This document shows positions 6,867 to 17,106 of a stretch of 21,946 nt of DNA, piece after piece (position 1 is the first letter of the stretch; each line of letters begins with the position of its first letter). A program made the translations under genes and the position numbers. The notes beneath the pieces were generated by a model. That model was not told the DNA's origin. It saw only the letters and a program-made list of their open reading frames with translations, and searched no databases. The DNA is from a bacterium (GTDB lineage Bacteria; Hydrothermota; 32-111), in NCBI GenBank assembly GCA_046484245.1, contig JAWOBN010000025.1:1-21946 (forward strand), read 5' to 3'.

Positions 6867-8195
6867 ATGGCTGGATTAAAGGGATTCAAGAAAGGCGGGA
6901 TTCATCCCCCTGACAAAAAGGATTTGACAAGGGACAAGGCAATTGAGAGAATGCCGCTCCCTGATATAGTCCGCATACCGGTCAACCAGCATATCGGAGC
7001 ACCGTGCAAACCGGTTGTTGAGGCAGGTGACACTGTTTTGAGAAACCAGGTTGTTGCAAAGGGTGAAGGCGGGCTTACCAGTGTTGTCCATTCCCCGGTG
7101 TCCGGCGAGGTGATGAGTATTGACTCCGTGACATTCCCGGGCAAGGTCAAGGGAAGTGTCATAACAGTGAAGAATGACAAACAGATGAATCTGCTTGAGG
7201 GCAGTGAGAAGGAAAGGGAGCTTACCGGTGATTTCAATGAATTTATCAAGATTATTGAGGAAACGGGTATCATAGGCATGGGCGGAGCCGGTTTCCCGGC
7301 ATACTGCAAGCTCAATCCGCCTGAGGAAAAACCCTGTGACACATTCATTGTCAATGGTGCTGAGTGTGAACCTTACCTCAATGCCGACTACAGGGTTATG
7401 ATTGAACAGAGTGACAAATTGCTGGCAAGTGTTGCCTATATACTTGATATAACCGGTATGAAGCGTGGCATCATAGGCATTGAAGCAAATAAGATGGATG
7501 CTGTTGAAAAGCTCAGATCACTCAATACAGACAGCAGAATTGAAATAGCGGCTGTCAAGACCATGTATCCCCAGGGAGCCGAGAAACAGCTTATCTATGC
7601 ATTGACCGGGCGCACAGTCCCCATAAGACAACTGCCATTTGAAGTGGGTGTTATTGTGCAAAATGTGGGGACATGCATGGCTATCTATGATTCTGTAAAG
7701 TTCAACAAGCCGCTAACCGAGAGGGTAATGACTGTCTCGGGAATGGGTGTTGTTGAACCCAAGAATCTTCTTGTATCAATCGGAACTACAGTAAATGATG
7801 TTGTTGATTTCTGCAGTGGCCTGAAAGAGGATGCAGTGTATGCAATTAACGGAGGACCTATGATGGGCAAGGCATTTGACAATCTGGAGCTTCCTGTGAC
7901 AAAGACAACATCCGGATTGCTCTTCCTCACTGAAATGGAGGTGCAGGAAGAGGATGAGGAGGACTGTATAAGATGTTCAAAATGTCTTGATATATGTCCC
8001 ATGGGACTCAATCCGACATATCTGATGGATGTATCAAAAAAGAGAAGATATGAAGACATGGATGATGTGCTGGACTGTATTGAATGCGGTTCCTGCACAT
8101 ATATATGTCCGGTCAACAGAGACCTGGCCGCAAGTATTATCAAGGGCAAGGTTAAATACACAAAATACTTAAAACGGAGTAAGAAAAATGACTGA
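6867..8195 (+). CDS. rnfC: Rnf complex subunit C
   Basis: GGIHP, QHIGAP, GMGGAGFP, NGAECEPYL, YPQGAEKQL, GGPMMG, CIRCSKCLDICP, CIECGSCTYICP. ATG 6867 follows GAGG. Confidence 0.96.
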   Translation: MAGLKGFKKGGIHPPDKKDLTRDKAIERMPLPDIVRIPVNQHIGAPCKPVVEAGDTVLRNQVVAKGEGGLTSVVHSPVSGEVMSIDSVTFPGKVKGSVITVKNDKQMNLLEGSEKERELTGDFNEFIKIIEETGIIGMGGAGFPAYCKLNPPEEKPCDTFIVNGAECEPYLNADYRVMIEQSDKLLASVAYILDITGMKRGIIGIEANKMDAVEKLRSLNTDSRIEIAAVKTMYPQGAEKQLIYALTGRTVPIRQLPFEVGVIVQNVGTCMAIYDSVKFNKPLTERVMTVSGMGVVEPKNLLVSIGTTVNDVVDFCSGLKEDAVYAINGGPMMGKAFDNLELPVTKTTSGLLFLTEMEVQEEDEEDCIRCSKCLDICPMGLNPTYLMDVSKKRRYEDMDDVLDCIECGSCTYICPVNRDLAASIIKGKVKYTKYLKRSKKND

Positions 8196-9174
8196 TAATA
8201 AATTCATAGTCAGGGCAGCACCATTCTTACGGACAAAGGAATCCACCAAATCCATAATGTGGGCAGTGATCATTGCACTTCTACCCACTGCATTATGGTC
8301 AATATACCTCTTCAAGTTCAGAGCTGTTTCCGTAATACTGCTGACAGTTATTTTCACGGAGATCTTTGAAATAATCTTTTTGAAGATAAGGGGCAAAAAG
8401 AATTTATGGGACACTGCATTTGACGGCAGTGCAATAGTGACAGGCCTCCTCCTTGCTTTAAATCTACCTTCCACATCCCCATGGTGGCTGTGCGCAGCAG
8501 GCGGTTTCATTGCAATGCTGCTGGGCAAGCATGTTTACGGCGGTCTCGGCAATAACCCCTTTAACCCGGCACTTGTTGCAAGGGTATTTCTGCTTCTGTC
8601 CTTCCCGACAATAATGACAACATGGACAGTGGGGCTTTCCGCAGATATTGTATCTGCAGCCACTCCACTGGGTATGTTTTCAACAGAGGGTGCAAATGCT
8701 GTAAGCAATATGAATCTCTGGCGCCTGTTCATAGGACTGCCTGTGACAGTAAACGGACTTCCGGTAGGGGGCGGCTCCATTGGCGAGATCTCCGAACTGG
8801 CAATACTGGCAGGCGGACTGCTGCTCATGGCAAGAAAGATAATATCACCGGTAATTCCCATTATTTATATAGCAACAGTATTTATATTCACCGGTATATT
8901 CCATCTCGTTAATCCGGATATGTATGCAAGCCCATTCTTCTTTATGGTGACAGGCGGCCTGTTCCTCGGAGCATTTTTCATGGCAACTGATTATGTCACA
9001 ACACCGCTGACTGTAACAGGTAAGATAATATTCGCAGGAGGATGCGGGCTGATCACCTCACTGATAAGACTGTTCGGTGCATATCCCGAGGGCGTGTCAT
9101 TTGCAATTCTCATAATGAATGCACTGACACCGACTATAGATAAATACACAAACACAAGAAAATTCGGCGGGTAA
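8188..9174 (+). CDS. rnfD: Rnf complex subunit D
   Basis: DGSAIVTGLLLAL, KHVYGGLGNNPFNPA, flavinylation site DIVSAATPL, FFMATD.VTTP, YPEGVSFAILIMN. Confidence 0.96.
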   Translation: MTDNKFIVRAAPFLRTKESTKSIMWAVIIALLPTALWSIYLFKFRAVSVILLTVIFTEIFEIIFLKIRGKKNLWDTAFDGSAIVTGLLLALNLPSTSPWWLCAAGGFIAMLLGKHVYGGLGNNPFNPALVARVFLLLSFPTIMTTWTVGLSADIVSAATPLGMFSTEGANAVSNMNLWRLFIGLPVTVNGLPVGGGSIGEISELAILAGGLLLMARKIISPVIPIIYIATVFIFTGIFHLVNPDMYASPFFFMVTGGLFLGAFFMATDYVTTPLTVTGKIIFAGGCGLITSLIRLFGAYPEGVSFAILIMNALTPTIDKYTNTRKFGG

Positions 9175-9178
9175 TATT

Positions 9179-9811
9179 ATGAAAGAGAATATTATTCAGG
9201 TTATAAAACTGGTTGTCATATGTATGGTTGCAGCATCAGTTCTGGCTGTTGTCTATTCTGTCACAAAAGAGCCCATTGAAAAGGCGAAGGCAGAAGAGAA
9301 GATCAGGGCTGTGAGGGCTGTGATATCCGGATACGAGGACGGAATGACAATGAGGACAGATACTGTGACTGACAATGATAACAATGAGTTTATCATTTAC
9401 ACAGTGATTGACAATAATGACAATGTGATAGGCAGGGCAGTCGCTTCTTATTCCGAAGAGGGATACGGGGGCACAATAAACATCATGATAGGCATTGACA
9501 GGGATTACAGGGTAACAGGAATCTATGCACTTTCACACAAGGAAACCCCCGGCCTGGGTTCCAAGATGGACACTGAAGAATTCAAGGGCCAGTTTACCGG
9601 TATTTCCGATACTGATACAGATATCTCTGTCAGGAAAGACGGAGGCGATATTGATGCAATCACTTCAGCAACAATCACATCAAGGGCAGTTTGTGAGGCA
9701 GTTGACACCGGCTTGAAAATTGTCCGGGAGTATAAGCCATTTACCGGACAGTCCGGTGAAATGAATGAGGATACAATAGAAGCGGAGGTGGAAGATGTCA
9801 TTGAAGAATAA
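9179..9811 (+). CDS. rnfG: Rnf complex subunit G
   Basis: GYGG.I, H.ETPGLG, flavinylation site DAITSATITS. Confidence 0.95.
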   Translation: MKENIIQVIKLVVICMVAASVLAVVYSVTKEPIEKAKAEEKIRAVRAVISGYEDGMTMRTDTVTDNDNNEFIIYTVIDNNDNVIGRAVASYSEEGYGGTINIMIGIDRDYRVTGIYALSHKETPGLGSKMDTEEFKGQFTGISDTDTDISVRKDGGDIDAITSATITSRAVCEAVDTGLKIVREYKPFTGQSGEMNEDTIEAEVEDVIEE

Positions 9812-10454
9812 TTTTTTAAAGGGTATTTGGGATAATAATCCGGTACTGATACTGCTGCTGGGATTTTGTCCCGTACTTGCTGTTTCCACTACAGTAATAG
9901 ATGCACTCGGTATGGGAATATCCACAACATTCGTGCTTCTTGGTGCAAATATTGTTATTTCCCTGATAAGGGGTTTTGTGCCAAAGAAGATGCGTATCCC
10001 TGTTTTTATAATTGTTATTGCAACATTTGTCACAATAGTTGATCTTGTGCTGTACGGTTTCTTCTTTGAACTCCATAAGAGTCTGGGGCTCTTCATTCCC
10101 CTTATTGTTGTAAACTGCATAGTGCTGGGCAGGGCAGAGGCATTTGCTTCAAAGAACTCCCTCCTTGACTCTATAGTTGATGCACTCGGCATGGGCGTGG
10201 GCTTCATACTGGCAATTGTAGTGCTTGCCGCCATCAGAGAGATGCTGGGTAATGGCACGGTCATGGGATTCACATTATTCCCTCAGTCATACCAGCCTGT
10301 CATTGTGGCAATACTGCCGCCCGGTGCATTCATAACACTCGGTTTCATGCTTGCAGGCATGAACAGGATCAGTATCGGCAGGGCTCAGAGGGAAAAGGCG
10401 AGGAAGAAAGCCCTCAAAGCAATGAAAAATACAAAACAGTCAAATAAAGAGTAG
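9795..10454 (+). CDS. rnfE: Rnf complex subunit E
   Basis: NP..LLGFCP.LAV, RIP.FI..IATFVT, LGLFIPLIVVNC..LGRAEAFA, LPPGAF. Confidence 0.96.
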   Translation: MSLKNNFLKGIWDNNPVLILLLGFCPVLAVSTTVIDALGMGISTTFVLLGANIVISLIRGFVPKKMRIPVFIIVIATFVTIVDLVLYGFFFELHKSLGLFIPLIVVNCIVLGRAEAFASKNSLLDSIVDALGMGVGFILAIVVLAAIREMLGNGTVMGFTLFPQSYQPVIVAILPPGAFITLGFMLAGMNRISIGRAQREKARKKALKAMKNTKQSNKE

Positions 10455-10462
10455 GTTGAATT

Positions 10463-11044
10463 ATGGGTAATTTAATTATTATTGCAATTGATGCGATGCT
10501 CATATCAAATATTGTGCTCATGAGATTTCTCGGTATATGTCCCTACATGGGGGTATCCAAGAAACAGGAAACAGCTGTCGGTATGGGATTTGCCGTTATT
10601 TTTGTTATGACATTCGCCACACTGATATCCTTTATTATTCAGAAAACAGTGCTTGTCACATTCAATCTGGAATATCTCCAGACAATTGTATTTATCCTGG
10701 TAATAGCATCACTTGTGCAGATGGTTGAAATCGTTATGAAAAAGATAGCACCCGGTCTCTTTGACGCACTGGGCATTTATCTGCCGCTTATTACAACCAA
10801 TTGCGCAATACTGGGTGTTGCATTACTGACAATTCAGAAGGATCTGAATTTCCTGCAGGCATTGATATTTGCAGTTGCATCAGGCATAGGATATATGATA
10901 GCAATATTCATATTCGCAGGCATGAGGGAGAGATTTGAATTCTCCGGTATCCCCAAGCCATTCAAGGATGCATCCATTGCACTGATTACAGCCGGGCTTC
11001 TCTCAATGGCATTCTTCGGTTTCACGGGACTTGTCAAGATATAG
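10463..11044 (+). CDS. rnfA: Rnf complex subunit A
   Basis: FLGICPYMGVSKK, LGIYLPLITTNCAILG, AGLLSMAFFGF. Confidence 0.96.
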   Translation: MGNLIIIAIDAMLISNIVLMRFLGICPYMGVSKKQETAVGMGFAVIFVMTFATLISFIIQKTVLVTFNLEYLQTIVFILVIASLVQMVEIVMKKIAPGLFDALGIYLPLITTNCAILGVALLTIQKDLNFLQALIFAVASGIGYMIAIFIFAGMRERFEFSGIPKPFKDASIALITAGLLSMAFFGFTGLVKI

Positions 11045-11956
11045 ATGATGAGATTTTTAACAGCAGTATTCATACTGTTTTTGATAAATTGCGGAGTCGC
11101 TCCACGGAGTGACTCCACTTTTTTGGCAATGGGGGGCATTCCGGTCAATATTACACTGTACTGCCCGCCGGAGCAGGCAGACAGTATCTACCCTGTGCTT
11201 GAAGATACACTGAAACACCTTGACTCCCTATTCACCAAGTATTCACCAGATTCACCGGTTTACAGATTCAATGATACAGGCAGGCCCATTGAGATGAACA
11301 ATTACTTCAAGGAGATATTCACACTCTCCGGGGAAGTATATGAGGAAACAGACGGGTATTTTGACATTGGCATACAGTCCCTTATCTCCTATTATGAGAG
11401 GTGTGAGAAGGAACAGAATGAGCCATTGGATGATTCACTCATCTTCTATTCCTCATCAGCAGGCCATCAGGGTATCATTGACAGTGCGGGGTATGCTCTA
11501 AAGAGCAACAGTGCACTGGAAATAGATCTGGGGGGTATTGCCAAGGGCTATATAGCAGATGTGCTGAGCAGATGCATTGTGAGAATGGGTGTGGATAAAT
11601 TCATGCTGGATATGGCCGGTGACATTGTTGTTCACAACCGGGATGAATCGGATGAATTCACAGTGGGGATACTGAACTCAGCAGGTGAGGAGATATTCAG
11701 GACCATTGCATTATCAAATGGCGCTGTCATGACATCAGGCGATTATTACAGATACTATGAGATAAACGGGAAAAGATACAGTCATATAATAAACCCCAAA
11801 ACCGGCAGACCGTCTCCACCGGGCAGGTCTGTCACAGTAGTAGCAGATAGGGGGGCTTATGCTGACGCATATGCAACAGCACTGATGCTTATGGACAGGC
11901 AAGCAGTAGAGCAGTTCAGAGAAGACCGTCCTGATGTGAGGATTATTGTTCAGTAG
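11045..11956 (+). CDS. apbE: FAD:protein FMN transferase ApbE (probable lipoprotein)
   Basis: AMG, DLGGIAKGY..D, TSGDY.RY, YSHIINPKTG, ADAYATAL; lipobox-like LINC. Confidence 0.93.
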   Translation: MMRFLTAVFILFLINCGVAPRSDSTFLAMGGIPVNITLYCPPEQADSIYPVLEDTLKHLDSLFTKYSPDSPVYRFNDTGRPIEMNNYFKEIFTLSGEVYEETDGYFDIGIQSLISYYERCEKEQNEPLDDSLIFYSSSAGHQGIIDSAGYALKSNSALEIDLGGIAKGYIADVLSRCIVRMGVDKFMLDMAGDIVVHNRDESDEFTVGILNSAGEEIFRTIALSNGAVMTSGDYYRYYEINGKRYSHIINPKTGRPSPPGRSVTVVADRGAYADAYATALMLMDRQAVEQFREDRPDVRIIVQ

Positions 11957-11972
11957 ATTGGTAAAATAAAGC

Positions 11973-12008
11973 TTGAAATTTTCCGAATTTACAGTAATAT
12001 ATACTGTA
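11973..12008 (+). promoter_or_regulatory. Sigma70-type promoter with overlapping palindromic operator candidate
   Basis: TTGAAA (11973-11978), 16 bp, TAATAT (11995-12000). TACAGTA-ATATA-TACTGTA at 11990-12008. Confidence 0.55.
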
Positions 12009-12047
12009 TAGGAGCATTAACTACCTGATAAAATGAAAGGAGCGAGG

Positions 12048-13280
12048 ATGTCTGATATTGTAATAATCGGAGGCGGCATAATTGGAGGTGCCATAACATA
12101 CAATCTCTTTGAGAGGGGTTTCAATGGTCATGTAACAGTGCTTGAGAAGAACAATCAATTGGCACAGGAATCAACATCACTGTCAGCAGGCGGATTCAGG
12201 AATATCTGGTCAACAGAAGTCAATCTCAAACTGACGAATCATTCCATCAAGGCATTCAGGGAATTCAAGGACAGACTGGGAATCAATATAGGATTTGAGC
12301 AGATAGGCTATCTCTTCACATACTATGAAGATGACTGGCAGGATATTGTTGATTTCAAACCTGTCTGGGACAAGAATGATGTGAATACTGAACTCATTAA
12401 ACCTGAAGATATCAGGAAACTGGTGCCCGGATTCAAGCACGGCACAGACCATATTGATCCTGAGGAGAATGAGATTCTCAATATGAAGCCCATTGCAGGC
12501 GGATTATTCGGTCCTGACTGCGGTGCATTCAACCCGACAACCTGTGCAACAGGTTATTTTGAATATACCCGGGATAAATTCAGGGAAAATTTAGATATTA
12601 AACTCAATGCAACAGTAAAGAAGATACTCATTGATTCCAATAATGAAGTTGAGGGAGTGAAGCTTATCAATGATGAGATCATCACATGCAAGACAGTCAT
12701 ACTTGCAGCAGGCGCATGGTCATCGGAGATACTGGCGAATTCAACGGATGAAGATGATTATCATCTGCCTGTACTTCCGTGGAAGAGACAGCTCTTCACT
12801 GTCAAAATGCCCAAGATTGAGGGTTTTGAGCATATCCCCATGACAATTATAGACAATGGCGTGTATTTCAGGCCTGAAGCAGGCAATATACTGGCAGGAA
12901 GAGCAGACAATGATCAGGCATTCGGATTTGAAACAGAGCCGGACCCGCATTACTATGAAGAGCAGATGAATTATTACATGTCAGCACGCATCCCCGGGAT
13001 GGAGTATTGCAGAATTGTGTCAAAGGCATCCATGTGGGGCGGTCTATATGCTCATAATACAAAGGACAAGAATGCGATAATAGGATATCATCCTGATATT
13101 GACAATCTTTTCCTTGCAACAGGATTCAGCGGGCACGGGGTAATGGAGGCGCCTGCAGTGGGGCTTGCTGTTTCAGAGAAAATCATGGACGATAAGTATA
13201 TTACAATACCCGAAGTGGAGCAGCTGGGATTTGAGAGAATACGGGAAAATGCCTTAATAAAGGAAACAATAGTCATATAG
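12048..13280 (+). CDS. FAD-dependent oxidoreductase, DAO/sarcosine oxidase beta-like family
   Basis: DIVIIGGGIIG, STSLSAGG, VILAAGAWS, WGGLY...D.NAIIG, ATGFSGHGVM.APAVG. ATG 12048 follows AAAGGAG. Confidence 0.9.
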   Translation: MSDIVIIGGGIIGGAITYNLFERGFNGHVTVLEKNNQLAQESTSLSAGGFRNIWSTEVNLKLTNHSIKAFREFKDRLGINIGFEQIGYLFTYYEDDWQDIVDFKPVWDKNDVNTELIKPEDIRKLVPGFKHGTDHIDPEENEILNMKPIAGGLFGPDCGAFNPTTCATGYFEYTRDKFRENLDIKLNATVKKILIDSNNEVEGVKLINDEIITCKTVILAAGAWSSEILANSTDEDDYHLPVLPWKRQLFTVKMPKIEGFEHIPMTIIDNGVYFRPEAGNILAGRADNDQAFGFETEPDPHYYEEQMNYYMSARIPGMEYCRIVSKASMWGGLYAHNTKDKNAIIGYHPDIDNLFLATGFSGHGVMEAPAVGLAVSEKIMDDKYITIPEVEQLGFERIRENALIKETIVI

Positions 13281-13288
13281 GAGGCTGC

Positions 13289-13549
13289 ATGAACAATTTC
13301 TGGTGGCAGATAATATTCATAGTGCTGTTTTATTTCTTCTTACTCATAATTGATACAGCAGTATTTCATAATAAGATAAGTGATCTGGCAAAAGCATTCA
13401 GCAACAAGATTTTCCTCTTCCTGTTCATTTTATCACTGGTTATGGGCGGACTCTTCTTTATCTCACACCCGGGGCAGTGGTATATAGCGGTCGTATTCAT
13501 TATGTACACCGTATTCCTGGAAAAGCTTATTGTAAGGCGCATGGACTGA
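13289..13549 (+). CDS. Small integral membrane hypothetical protein (about 3 TM)
   Basis: SD GGAGG, hydrophobic segments, tight operon spacing. Confidence 0.75.
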   Translation: MNNFWWQIIFIVLFYFFLLIIDTAVFHNKISDLAKAFSNKIFLFLFILSLVMGGLFFISHPGQWYIAVVFIMYTVFLEKLIVRRMD

Positions 13550-13550
13550 T

Positions 13551-13958
13551 ATGAGCAGAGCAGTTGCCAATTTTAATTATGATGTTGATGCAGTGGTGAA
13601 TTACCTTCTCCCCATAGTTGAGGTTACTGATGAAGAGAATCTGTTTAATTATGACTCTGAGGAATGGTATAATCTCACAGCACTGCTTCTGGAAGGATTG
13701 AAATTATATTCAGAGGAAGAGAGGAAGTTTGATTTCAAGCTTATGTTCCGGGACCTTAAGGGAAAGATCCCGTATAAGGGCAAGAGGGTCAATGTGGAGT
13801 ATGACGGAGGAAAGATGGTGATGATACTCTTCTGTGATGCTGTAAATGATTACCTGCTCAATCTCAAGATAGATCCTGCAAGAAAGAAGATCATTGCACG
13901 GACAGCAAAGAATTTCAAGAAATACGCTATCAAGGGTTTGAAGCAGTATGTAAATTAG
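13551..13958 (+). CDS. Hypothetical cytoplasmic protein (135 aa)
   Basis: Fills the gap between neighbours with 0-1 nt spacing. No motif recognised. Confidence 0.75.
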   Translation: MSRAVANFNYDVDAVVNYLLPIVEVTDEENLFNYDSEEWYNLTALLLEGLKLYSEEERKFDFKLMFRDLKGKIPYKGKRVNVEYDGGKMVMILFCDAVNDYLLNLKIDPARKKIIARTAKNFKKYAIKGLKQYVN

Positions 13959-15695
13959 ATGTTATATACTAATTATATATTATTAATCCCTTCATTATTC
14001 GCATTCTTTGTTTCATCATATATCAATTTCCGCATACCTGACCTGAAGAAGAGGGTCAGTGCCCAGATCATGCTCTATACATTAGGCATACTCACTCTTA
14101 ACTACATGCTCTTCACACAGAACATGTATGCTGAAACAGCTGAGATATGGCTTCTTCTATATCTGATATCATACATATTCTTCAATTTATACTTTGTTTT
14201 CTATATAATTCACAGTACTGTCAAACGCATAGGGATTCTCCTGTCTATACCTGTTGCCGGCCTCATTATTTCCTTTATCATAGGTTTTGTTGTTTTCAAT
14301 AAAACACTTGTGCCCGGTACACTGACGGAGATCATGCTCAATAATCTCTTCTATGTGAGGAATAATGTATTGCTCACAATAGGATTCTGGTCTCTCAGTC
14401 TCATATTGACAGTGCTGAGGAAAAAGGTGTATCTGATGATTGCAGTACTCCTTATACTCATATCCAATATTCTGCTGCTCTTCAAGGTTGATTTCTATAT
14501 TTTCAATATTGTTGTCAATGTATCCCAGTTCTATCTGCCTGTGGCAATAGTGCTTGATATAAGACGCATGTACCCCTTCTATTTCAAATTTGATGCTTCA
14601 GAGGTCAGTATAATAAACAATGTGGACATAGCTATAGCAGTATTGAGGTCAGACAGTTCATTCATGCTCAATGCCTATCTGCTCAGAATACTTGAAAAAG
14701 ACGGTGCAGACCCGGGCAAATGGGTCAAGAATAATTACAAGCGTATCATTGACTGTCCTGAGAATGTATTCAAGAGGGTGAGGCTGCTGGGAGACAGCAA
14801 GAAATACTACTATGTGTGGAAACAGAATACAGGCAGTTTCAGGAATGACAAACATATTGTTTTCATGTTCGCTGCTGACAGGTATGAAAATCTCAGAAAG
14901 ATATCATACACATATGAGCATTATCTGGAAGAGAAGAACAGGAATAATATTGTTAAATTCAGTGACTATGAGCGTCTCAATGAGTATATCAAATTCATTG
15001 AGGGATTCTCCCATAATTCATTCAATCTCATATCTGTTGTAACAACGGGATTCCAGTATATGAAGAGCATACTCTCCGAATTTGAGATTATCCTCTTCTC
15101 TTCAGGCAGCCTTGACAGTAAGAGGGATGAACTGAAGAGGGTGTTCTACAATATTGAGAATACAGTGGGAATTGCGGATAAGAGTGAAAGAAAGCTGATG
15201 AACAATATGAAGAAACTGAGGAATAAGACAAAACTGGAGTCAAAGGATGAACCTTCCGTATTCTCCCTCAATCAATTTGTTGAGCAGGAAGTATTCTTCT
15301 ATATTGACAATATATTCCTCAATTCATTCATCAATGTGGAGTATGATTTAATGGAGGATGATATTGACCTTCATTTTGAATATGCCAAACTGGCTTCAGT
15401 GTTCCACAATCTCCTCAAATTCATAATATCAAAGACAGATTCAAGGATAAAGAGGCATACTATCACCATAAAGACTGATTATGAGCGTCTCTCATATGCA
15501 AAGATTATACTAAGAACGAATATACATGATTTTGACAAGATGACAATAAACGGAATATTTGAGGAATCCGGATTCAATGCATCCGAATTCTACTCCACGC
15601 TCATCAATGCGCATATTCTGATAAAATCCTGTTCCGGTTCAGTCAATCTCCTGGAAGAAAATTCACTGGGATTTGAAATAATAATCTATGAGTAA
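13959..15695 (+). CDS. Multi-TM sensor histidine-kinase-like protein with degenerate ATPase domain
   Basis: About 7 N-terminal TM helices, H-box-like IEGFSHNSFNLIS (His352), N-box remnant LASVFHNLL, terminal GSVNL...GFEIII. No DxGxG or GxGLG. Confidence 0.65.
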   Translation: MLYTNYILLIPSLFAFFVSSYINFRIPDLKKRVSAQIMLYTLGILTLNYMLFTQNMYAETAEIWLLLYLISYIFFNLYFVFYIIHSTVKRIGILLSIPVAGLIISFIIGFVVFNKTLVPGTLTEIMLNNLFYVRNNVLLTIGFWSLSLILTVLRKKVYLMIAVLLILISNILLLFKVDFYIFNIVVNVSQFYLPVAIVLDIRRMYPFYFKFDASEVSIINNVDIAIAVLRSDSSFMLNAYLLRILEKDGADPGKWVKNNYKRIIDCPENVFKRVRLLGDSKKYYYVWKQNTGSFRNDKHIVFMFAADRYENLRKISYTYEHYLEEKNRNNIVKFSDYERLNEYIKFIEGFSHNSFNLISVVTTGFQYMKSILSEFEIILFSSGSLDSKRDELKRVFYNIENTVGIADKSERKLMNNMKKLRNKTKLESKDEPSVFSLNQFVEQEVFFYIDNIFLNSFINVEYDLMEDDIDLHFEYAKLASVFHNLLKFIISKTDSRIKRHTITIKTDYERLSYAKIILRTNIHDFDKMTINGIFEESGFNASEFYSTLINAHILIKSCSGSVNLLEENSLGFEIIIYE

Positions 15696-17106
15696 AAAAT
15701 CCGCATTTGTGCTTTCCGGCGGTGTATCATTGGGAACATATGAAGCAGGTGTAATGACTGCTGTACTGCAGGCAGTAAGAGCGGGCATTATTGATATTGA
15801 TATTATCGGCGGCAGTTCAGCAGGGGCATTGACGGCTTTTGCATTTGCATTTGCCCTGAAGACGGGATTGAATCCATATGAGATGTATAATCTCTGGGTT
15901 GACAAAGCAGATATAAGGCGGATGACTTTTCCCGGCAATGATAGCATACTTACAACTGAAAAACTGAAAGCGGATCTTGATTCAATGCTTCTCTCAGATG
16001 GTGTCTGCCCGTATCATTACAGGTCTCAGGACTGCATTCAGAGCAATAATCCCGGTTTCTGCTCAATGAAAAGATGCCGCGGTGTGCAGAAAAGGGATAT
16101 TAAGCTCACTGTGGAACTTACAAATCTTGAAGGATATGTGACTCCCATGCCGGTAAACAACACTCAGGAGTATAATGCAAAGATACATCATGAATCCATT
16201 GCTGTTGATTTCAGCAAATGGGAACAGTGCAATACAGAGAAGGTCAAATCATTCCTCTTTGCCTCTGCTGCAATACCGGTTGTTTTCAAACCTGTCAATA
16301 TAAAGAGGAGTCTATCCGGACTTGTGCCTCCTGCAAGCAGCAATTACAATGAGGATGAGAAATCATTCAATTACATAGACGGCGGTATTACGGACAATCT
16401 GCCTGTAAAATCAGTTTTAAAGGCATGCAGACAAATAGATGCACTCTATATTGTTATCCCCGACCCCTTTGATGCACTGTCCCTTATAAAGAAGACAAAC
16501 AGAAGCGGCGGGTTCATGCCTGTTGAGGACAATATCGCAGTACTGATGAATGCCAATGCGGCAGCCAGTTACCAGACAGTATATGCGGATATAAAGAGGG
16601 CGGGTGAGATAAACCGCAGGATAATGGCTGTTGAGGATTTGAAAAATTATGTAGAGGAGCATGTGGCAGATAATAAGACAGGAGAGAAGATAATATCAAT
16701 GGCTCAATCTGTCGGGGATATTCAGGATAAACATATTATTGAATTAAATGTCTTGTCACCCCGGTATTTTGATAATGCGTTAGCAGGCGACATACTGTCA
16801 CATGCAGGCGGGTTCCTTGACAGACGCCTGAGGCATTATGACTTCTGCATAGGGTATTACAATGCAGTGAGGGCTTTTTCCATGGAGAAGAGTATTCCGC
16901 TGTTCTTTGAAGAACCTGCAGGTGACCTCTCGGATATAACTGTAAGGGATGTGAGGGATAAGAAAAACCTTATAAAAGCCATCATAAAACTTGCACCAGT
17001 TCTGTTCAACAAGTATCTTAAAAATACGCCCGGGAGAATCCTCCGGGTTATCTATATGATTGTTGCAACAGTAACAGGTATTATTCTATCACGCAGATTA
17101 AGATGA
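15688..17106 (+). CDS. Patatin-like phospholipase
   Basis: VLSGGVSLG.YEAGV, nucleophile GSSAG, ASAAIP..F, YIDGG..DNLP; C-terminal hydrophobic helix. Confidence 0.9.
   Translation: MSKKSAFVLSGGVSLGTYEAGVMTAVLQAVRAGIIDIDIIGGSSAGALTAFAFAFALKTGLNPYEMYNLWVDKADIRRMTFPGNDSILTTEKLKADLDSMLLSDGVCPYHYRSQDCIQSNNPGFCSMKRCRGVQKRDIKLTVELTNLEGYVTPMPVNNTQEYNAKIHHESIAVDFSKWEQCNTEKVKSFLFASAAIPVVFKPVNIKRSLSGLVPPASSNYNEDEKSFNYIDGGITDNLPVKSVLKACRQIDALYIVIPDPFDALSLIKKTNRSGGFMPVEDNIAVLMNANAAASYQTVYADIKRAGEINRRIMAVEDLKNYVEEHVADNKTGEKIISMAQSVGDIQDKHIIELNVLSPRYFDNALAGDILSHAGGFLDRRLRHYDFCIGYYNAVRAFSMEKSIPLFFEEPAGDLSDITVRDVRDKKNLIKAIIKLAPVLFNKYLKNTPGRILRVIYMIVATVTGIILSRRLR

Noticed and set aside
3503..17106. CYTH plus patatin as a CBASS-like cyclase/effector defence system
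   Set aside because: The genes are about 11.6 kb apart in separate operons, and no CD-NTase is present.
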